A stretch of DNA of 32,000 nucleotides from Akkermansia muciniphila ATCC BAA-835 (lineage in GTDB: Bacteria; Verrucomicrobiota; Verrucomicrobiia; Verrucomicrobiales; Akkermansiaceae), in the NCBI RefSeq assembly GCF_000020225.1, contig NC_010655.1:1170001-1202000 (forward strand). The letters run 5' to 3'. Below the pieces are notes generated by a model that was not told the origin of the DNA, made no database searches, and saw only the letters and a program-made list of their open reading frames with translations. Positions 26,465 to 32,000 of the stretch are shown piece after piece (position 1 is the stretch's first letter; each line of letters starts with the position of its first letter). Both the position numbers and the translations under genes were made by a program.

Positions 26465-27576
26465 TCACCTGTCAAGTTTGTTCTGCCGGAGCCAGGCGGC
26501 CATATGGTCGGCAATGATGTTATTGTTTTTATCGGACATCAGAAAATGCGTATTTCCCCGGATGCCGATTTTGGGCAGTTCCACCAGAGCAGCATGGCCG
26601 CCATGCCTGTTGACGGCCTCCACAAATTTGCGTCCCATTTGCAGACGTACGCGCCAGTTTTCCCCTCCAAGCTTATCGGTGACGTTTTCAGGAATATAAT
26701 CTCCGAAGTAGAGGATGATGGGGATTTGGGTGAGCTTGTTGAATTCCTCCGGCGGAACGGCGATTCCCTTCATCGTGCCGGTGAGGCTGGGCATGTCTTC
26801 GGGAACCTCCCCTTCCGGGAAGACGTAGGTGCCCGGTTCCAGGGAAATGATGCCGCGCACTTCCGGGCTGCGGATGGCCGTCAGCCAGCCGGGGAATCCC
26901 CCTGCGGAGTGAGTGACCAGGATGCCCTTGCCCACGCGCTTGAAGAGGGCGCTCAGGGCATCGAGTTCTTTTGTCATATCGTGCGTGCCGATATCGGGTG
27001 TCATTTGTCGGAAAAACTGGTCCAGGGAATCCTTGTCCGTAGGGAACTGTACTCCCGGGTTGAATGCGGGCCATTCGCCGATCCGGAAGATGTCGAACCA
27101 GAACTGCTCGTCGGCAAGTGGCCTGATGGCGGTTTCCGCCGTCGTTCTGCCCGCCCGTCCCCGTCCTGGGAGGTCAACCAGGTAGGTGGCGTATCTTTTG
27201 CGCAGGAACATGTCATTAAAGCCCTCCCGTCCGGTGTTGTCTGCCAGCACCGGGCGGACTGTCCATAGCCATGAATGAAGATTAGAGGAAGCATGCGGGC
27301 ATCGGCCGGTATCTGGAAGTCCACGGCGGCGTGGTCGGCATGGTAACTCTGGCCGGCTTCAACTGCTTTCCCCCAGCCGGGAAAACGGCTGTTGTCATAT
27401 GTTCCCGGGCGTTGCAGAATGTTCCCGCCCACGGCAAAACTGCCCTGCCTTGCAATAAGCAGGGGGGCTTGTTCCGCAGCTGGAACAGGGGGGATGCCTC
27501 CCGCCTGAATCATGGCCGGAGGCGTGAATATCGATAAGAAAAAGGCAGGGAGGATTAACCGTTTTTTTTTCATCAT
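26465..27576 (-). pseudogene. Alpha/beta hydrolase with signal peptide, split by a frameshift near 27225-27250
   Basis: Track ORFs 27001-27576 (MMKKKRLILPAFFLSIFTPPAMIQA...LPLIFIHGYGQSARCWQTTPDG) and 26465-27250 (...REGFNDMFLRKRYATYLVDLPGRGRAGR...ILVTHSAGGFPGW...GNTHFLMSD) overlap in different frames. Together they read as one enzyme of about 370 aa with an HSAGG nucleophile elbow. Confidence 0.7.
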
Positions 27577-27635
27577 TTCATGAAGGAGACTGAGTTGTCA
27601 TGCTTTTGCAAGGGAGGAAAAGCGTGATTTGTTGA

Positions 27636-28675
27636 TTAATGGGTTGATGATTTTTCTGTGATGGGGCTTCCTCCAAACACGTCGGACATATTCATGAAGG
27701 AGAGAGCTGCGTCGATCTGCCGGACTTCATCCGCGGATAGTATTACATGGGCTGCCTCTGCGTTTTCTTTCAGTCTGGAGAACTTTCGTGTCCCCGGAAT
27801 GGGAACGATCCAGGGCTTTTTGCAGAGCATCCACGCCAGGGAAATTTGTGCCGGAGTGGCCTGTTTTTCTTCCGCCAGATTGCGGAGCAGGAGGAAGAGA
27901 TCCTTGTTGGCGTCAAAGCTTTCCGGTCTGAACTGAGGCATGGAACTGCGGTAGTCCGTCCCCGGCTCAAACGTGGAATTTAGGTTGTAGCGGCCGGAGA
28001 GCAGGCCGTTGGCCAGGGGGGAGAACGCTACAAAGCCGATGCCCAGTTCTTCCAGTACGGGAAGAAGGGATTCATGATAGCGCGCCATCATGGAATAACG
28101 GTTCTGGATGGCGGTGACCGGACATGTTACGTGTGCGCGCCGTATGGCTTCCTCCGTTGCTTCGGAAATACCCAATGCGCGATTTTGCCTTCACGGATCA
28201 ACTCCTGCATGACGCCCGCCACTTCCTCCGGCGGTACGGAATCATCCATGCGGTGCTGGTAATACAGGCCGATGCGTTCTACTCCCAGCCTTTTAAGGGA
28301 ACTTTCCACGGATTGGCGGATTGTGCCGGGGCGGGAATCGGTGATCAGCGGGTATGGTCCGGGGCCTGCCGTGCCGCTGAAACGGATTCCGAATTTGGTC
28401 GCAATAACGATCCTGTCCCGGTAGGGCGCCAGCGCTTTCCCCAGCAGTTCTTCGTTGTCGTGGGGGTGTCCGGGCGTTCCGTACACTTCCGCCGTATCAA
28501 AGAATGTATATCCCATATCCACGGCCCGGGAAAGGAGTTCCGCCATTTCCTTTTTGTCTGCGGGCGCTCCGTAGGCATGGCTCATTCCCATGCAGCCCAG
28601 GCCTATGGCTGAAACCTTCAGGCCGCTTTTGCCCAGCTCCCTGCATGTCATGTTTTGCCCGTTAATTGTTTTCAT
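27636..28675 (-). pseudogene. Aldo/keto reductase split by a 1-nt frameshift in a C/G run at 28161-28163
   Basis: Track ORFs 28127-28675 (...CRELGKSGLKVSAIGLGCMGMS...FFDTAEVYG...LYYQHRMDDSVPPEEVAGVMQELIREGKIAHW) and 27636-28175 (GISEATEEAIRRAHVTCPVTAIQNRYSMM...IPGTRKFSRLKENAEA) read as one AKR. Adding one G to CAT TGG GTA TTT restores ...IAHWGISEATEE..., matching the AKR consensus GKIRHWGLSEAS. The probable true start is ATG 28651 (MTCRELGKSG). Confidence 0.8.
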
Positions 28676-28709
28676 GCCTGCAAAACTACCATAGGATTTC
28701 TATTTTTTC

Positions 28710-28747
28710 CGATAGACGGATTACAGGTTTTGCTACCATGATTACAG
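28710..28747 (-). promoter_or_regulatory. 38-bp operator-like element, copy 2, in the divergent AKR/AraC intergenic region
   Basis: Identical 38-mer to 26386-26423. It lies 58 nt upstream of ATG 28651 and 67 nt upstream of the araC-family start at 28815. Confidence 0.6.
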
Positions 28748-28814
28748 GTTCCCGGAATGAGCTGGATAGCCGGCTCCCTTCCTGCTATGCTCCGGTCAAA
28801 AGCAGAGAAAGGGC

Positions 28815-29711
28815 ATGGGCATTATTCTGAACATGGATTCCGTAGGGGACTACAACTCCTTTTTGGGGCAGGAAACGCTGCACTCGCTGGTCAGCGTCGT
28901 TGATTTTTCCAGGGTCCCGCCGCTGCGGCATGCCCGCAAGGCTTACGGGTTCTATGCCGTTTTCCTGAAGGACCTGAAATGCGGAGACCTGCGGTACGGA
29001 AGACATTATTATGATTACCAGGAGGGAACTCTTGTCTTCGTATCTCCCGGCCAGGTGCTGGGCAATGATGACAACGGGGAATATTTCCGGGTAGAGGGCC
29101 ATGCCCTCCTGTTCCATCCCGATTTGCTCCGCGGCACCTCCCTGGGACGCAGGATGAAGGACTATACCTTTTTTTCCTATGACGCTTCCGAGTCCCTCCA
29201 TATGTCGGAGAGGGAAAGGAATTTATTCCTGAACGGCCTGACGGAGATCCGGGAGGAACTGGAACGGGGCGTTGACCGGCATACCAAGTCCATCGTGACG
29301 GCCAACATCGAAGTTCTCCTGAACCACTGCATGCGTTTTTACGACCGCCAGTTCATTACCCGCGAGAATGTGAACAGGGATGTGCTGACGGAGTTCGAAC
29401 GTCTGCTGGATTCCTACTTCGAGGGAGACAAGCCTCAGGAATGGGGGCTGCCCTATGTGCAGTATTTCGCGGATGAACTGCATCTCTCCGCCAACTATTT
29501 CGGTGATCTCGTCAAGAAAGAGACGGGAAAAACTCCCCAGGAGCATATCCATATCAAGCTGGTGGACAAAGCCAAGGAGCTCCTTTGCGCCACCAATAAA
29601 TCCGTTAGTGAAATCGCCTATGAACTGGGGTTCAAGTATCCCCATCACCTGAGCCGCATGTTCAAGAAGAATACGGGATATTCCCCGAACGAGTTCAGGT
29701 TGTCGGCGTGA
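28815..29711 (+). CDS. AraC-family transcriptional regulator
   Basis: 298 aa. The N-terminal ligand/dimerisation region is MGIILNMDSVGDYNSFLGQETLHSLVSVVDFS.... The C-terminal double HTH is YVQYFADELHLSANYFGDLVKKETGKTPQEHIHIKLVDKAKELLCATNKSVSEIAYELGFKYPHHLSRMFKKNTGYSPNEFR. Confidence 0.9.
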   Translation: MGIILNMDSVGDYNSFLGQETLHSLVSVVDFSRVPPLRHARKAYGFYAVFLKDLKCGDLRYGRHYYDYQEGTLVFVSPGQVLGNDDNGEYFRVEGHALLFHPDLLRGTSLGRRMKDYTFFSYDASESLHMSERERNLFLNGLTEIREELERGVDRHTKSIVTANIEVLLNHCMRFYDRQFITRENVNRDVLTEFERLLDSYFEGDKPQEWGLPYVQYFADELHLSANYFGDLVKKETGKTPQEHIHIKLVDKAKELLCATNKSVSEIAYELGFKYPHHLSRMFKKNTGYSPNEFRLSA

Positions 29712-30251
29712 CGCCCGCTCCCTGTCGCCGGACGGCCTGCGGCATTCTGTCTGGAGCGGAACGGTTCGTTCCGGATTGATAGCCGGGCCGGGAATACAGA
29801 AAATAATCTTCTGTTCCGAACGGCAATAAACAGGAATGCATCTTTTTTCAGCTGTTCTGTTGTCCGCGGTATTCCTATTGGCACATGCAGGCAGTTTCCG
29901 GTGCCTAGGGAATGTATTGCCGGGGGTACAATAATGGCTTCAGCCTGCCGGATTCATATTACGGTTTTATGCCGTGGAGAAGAAATAACGTCATCCTGGA
30001 AAGGCAACCTTTTATGAACAGGTATTTTATGAACGTGTGGAGCGATCGTGCGCCGTTACTGCCGTCTTTGGCCTTGTTACGGTTGCGGACAAAGGGTATG
30101 GTGCGGCAAGATAACCTGCGCCATTAGACGGCATGATGAATGAAAGCGGTCTGCTGCCCTTCAGGAGACGACCGTTTGCATCCTTCCCGCAACGCCGTTC
30201 CGCTGAATAATATAAAACACTACAATAATGGGAAACTCAATAGACCATGGC

Positions 30252-32000
30252 ATGTTCCGGAAGTCCGTCCTGCTGGCTTTCGGATTGTCCATTTCCTTCT
30301 CGGGCTTCGCGCTTGCCGCATCGGAAGAACCGGTTTCGGAGCAACAGGCCCAGGCCGTTGAAGGCGCCAGAAAAATCAATCCTGCCGCCGTGGAAGTGTT
30401 GCTTGACAACAACCGCCGGATGACGCTCGATTTTTACGGAGACAATGTTTTCCGGATTTTCCGGGATGACAGAGGCGGTATTATCCGAGATCCCAAGGCG
30501 GAACCGGAAGCCCGCATTCTGGCGGACAGTCCCCGGAGGCCGGTTTCCCGGCTGGATGTGGACCAGCAGGGCGATGCGGTTGTCATCACTACGGGGAAGG
30601 TCAGGATTGAGATAAATAAAAAGACCTCTCTTTTCAAGGTGATCAATCTGAAGGATCATTCCGTGGTGGTGGAGCAGGCGTCCCCCGTGCTTTTTGGAAA
30701 GGGCAAAACCAGCTTTTCCCTGAAGGCGAAGCCGGACGAATATTTTTACGGCGGCGGCGTACAGAACGGCCGTTTTTCCCACAAGGGAAAGGTCATTTCC
30801 ATAGAAAACCAGAACAGCTGGACGGATGGCGGCGTGGCTTCCCCCACTCCCTTTTACTGGTCCACCGGCGGGTACGGCGTCATGTGGCATACCTTCAAGA
30901 AAGGGCAGTATGATTTCGGTTCCAGGGAAGAGAATCTGGTGAACCTCTCGCATGATGAAAATTATCTGGATGTCTTTTTCATGGTCAGCGACGGGCCGGT
31001 CAGCCTTTTGAGGGATTTCTACCAGCTTACTGGCGCTCCCGTTCTGCTGCCCAAGTTCGCCTTTTACCAGGGCCACCTGAACGCCTATAACCGGGATTAC
31101 TGGAAGGAAGATGAAAAAGGCATCCTGTTTGAGGACGGGAAACGGTACAAGGAAAGCCAGAAGGATAACGGAGGCATTAAGGAATCCCTGAACGGGGAAT
31201 TGAATAATTACCAGTTTTCCGGCCGCGCCGTCGTGGACCGTTACAAGGCCCATGACATGCCGCTGGGATGGCTTCTGCCGAACGACGGCTACGGAGCCGG
31301 GTACGGCCAGACGGATACCCTGGACGGCAATATTGCGAATTTGAAGAGCCTGGCGGACTACGCCAGGAAAAACGGCGTGGAAATCGGTTTGTGGACCCAG
31401 TCCGACCTGCATCCCAAGCCGGAAATCAGCGCTTTGCTCCAGCGCGATATCGTGAAGGAAGTGCGGGACGCCGGAGTGCGCGTGCTGAAGACGGACGTCG
31501 CCTGGGTAGGCGCGGGCTATTCCTTCGGTCTGAACGGTATTACGGACGTAGCCCAGATCATGACTTACTACGGGAATAACAGCCGCCCGTTCATTATTTC
31601 CCTGGACGGCTGGGCCGGAACCCAGCGGTATGCCGGCATTTGGTCGGGCGACCAGACGGGCGGCGTCTGGGAGTATATCCGTTTCCATATTCCCACCTAC
31701 ATCGGCTCCGGCCTTTCCGGGCAGCCCAATATCTGTTCGGACATGGACGGCATTTTCGGCGGAAAGAACCCGTTGGTGAACGTCCGCGATTTCCAGTGGA
31801 AAACGTTCACCCCCATGGAACTGAACATGGACGGCTGGGGAGCCAATGAGAAGTATCCCCATGCCTTCGGGGAACCTTACACCTCCATCAACCGATGGTA
31901 CCTCAAGCTCAAGTCGGAACTGCTTCCGTACGCTTACAGCATTGCGGAGGAATCAGTTTCCGGCCTGCCCATGATCCGGGCCATGTTCCTGGAATATCCC
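30252..32000 (+). CDS. Glycoside hydrolase family 31, secreted, partial (runs off right edge)
   Basis: Not in the ORF track because there is no stop in the window. Hand translation from ATG 30252: MFRKSVLLAFGLSISFSGFALAASEE...EYFYGGGVQNGRFSHKG...SPTPFYWSTGGYGVMWHT...MPLGWLLPNDGYGAGYG...GVRVLKTDVAWVGAGY...YAGIWSGDQTGG...MIRAMFLEYP. The KTD and WSGDQ regions match GH31 catalytic regions. The frame is open for all 583 codons to position 32000. Confidence 0.88.
   Translation, partial: MFRKSVLLAFGLSISFSGFALAASEEPVSEQQAQAVEGARKINPAAVEVLLDNNRRMTLDFYGDNVFRIFRDDRGGIIRDPKAEPEARILADSPRRPVSRLDVDQQGDAVVITTGKVRIEINKKTSLFKVINLKDHSVVVEQASPVLFGKGKTSFSLKAKPDEYFYGGGVQNGRFSHKGKVISIENQNSWTDGGVASPTPFYWSTGGYGVMWHTFKKGQYDFGSREENLVNLSHDENYLDVFFMVSDGPVSLLRDFYQLTGAPVLLPKFAFYQGHLNAYNRDYWKEDEKGILFEDGKRYKESQKDNGGIKESLNGELNNYQFSGRAVVDRYKAHDMPLGWLLPNDGYGAGYGQTDTLDGNIANLKSLADYARKNGVEIGLWTQSDLHPKPEISALLQRDIVKEVRDAGVRVLKTDVAWVGAGYSFGLNGITDVAQIMTYYGNNSRPFIISLDGWAGTQRYAGIWSGDQTGGVWEYIRFHIPTYIGSGLSGQPNICSDMDGIFGGKNPLVNVRDFQWKTFTPMELNMDGWGANEKYPHAFGEPYTSINRWYLKLKSELLPYAYSIAEESVSGLPMIRAMFLEYP

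Noticed and set aside
22212-30251. Search for a direct repeat of the tRNA 3' end (att-like) or an integrase that would delimit an integrated element
   Set aside because: By eye I found no copy of the tRNA 3' portion (ggttcaaatcctgctcccgtaacca) downstream. I also found no integrase, transposase or relaxase ORF. The island idea is therefore kept only as an inference, not called a mobile element.
30237-31862. 541-aa minus-strand ORF, the only long ORF the track shows at the right end
   Set aside because: The plus strand, in the frame of ATG 30252, is open for 583 codons to the window edge and encodes clear GH31 motifs plus a signal peptide. The minus ORF is its antisense shadow.

Overview
Chromosomal window that looks like a Verrucomicrobiota genome of the Akkermansia type. 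This is an inference from two PEP-CTERM tails ending LGLLGLAALMMRRRRA, a Bacteroides-type three-gene fumarate reductase and a GH31 mucin-type glycosidase; no search was run.

Layout:
- (1) 1-7330: an Rhs polymorphic-toxin island. It holds a full-length rhs gene whose last 181 codons, together with the following small membrane-protein gene, are visibly AT-rich. Downstream is an orphan Rhs core-end fragment fused to a different Cys-rich tip, which runs off the left edge and is absent from the ORF track.
- (2) 7646-11135: the sdhCAB/frdCAB operon with its terminator.
- (3) 11336-21786: housekeeping and envelope genes. These are a small ORF plus a TatD-like hydrolase, a DUF1232 protein, a divergent pair of PEP-CTERM proteins, a decayed GNAT gene, an FGE-family lipoprotein, fabG, a secreted coiled-coil protein, an ABC-F ATPase, a lipoprotein, an untracked 42-aa poly-Q lipoprotein, and hpf.
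- (4) 22135-22211: an initiator-like tRNA-Met(CAT) with promoter and terminator, directly followed by a doubly truncated CNNM/TlyC gene remnant.
- (5) 22801-29711: a redox/hydrolase cluster containing an SDR, a CMD-flavodoxin fusion, two alpha/beta hydrolases, an aldo/keto reductase and an AraC regulator. The two minus-strand operons each carry an identical 38-bp element with GATTACAG repeated at 21-bp spacing. Two of the genes are frameshifted.
- (6) 30252->32000: a GH31 glycosidase running off the right edge, also absent from the ORF track.

No CRISPR array, rRNA, transposase, integrase or phage gene was seen. The most interesting items are the Rhs tip/immunity/orphan system and the duplicated AraC-type operator. 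Several long ORFs in the track are antisense artefacts of GC-rich genes.
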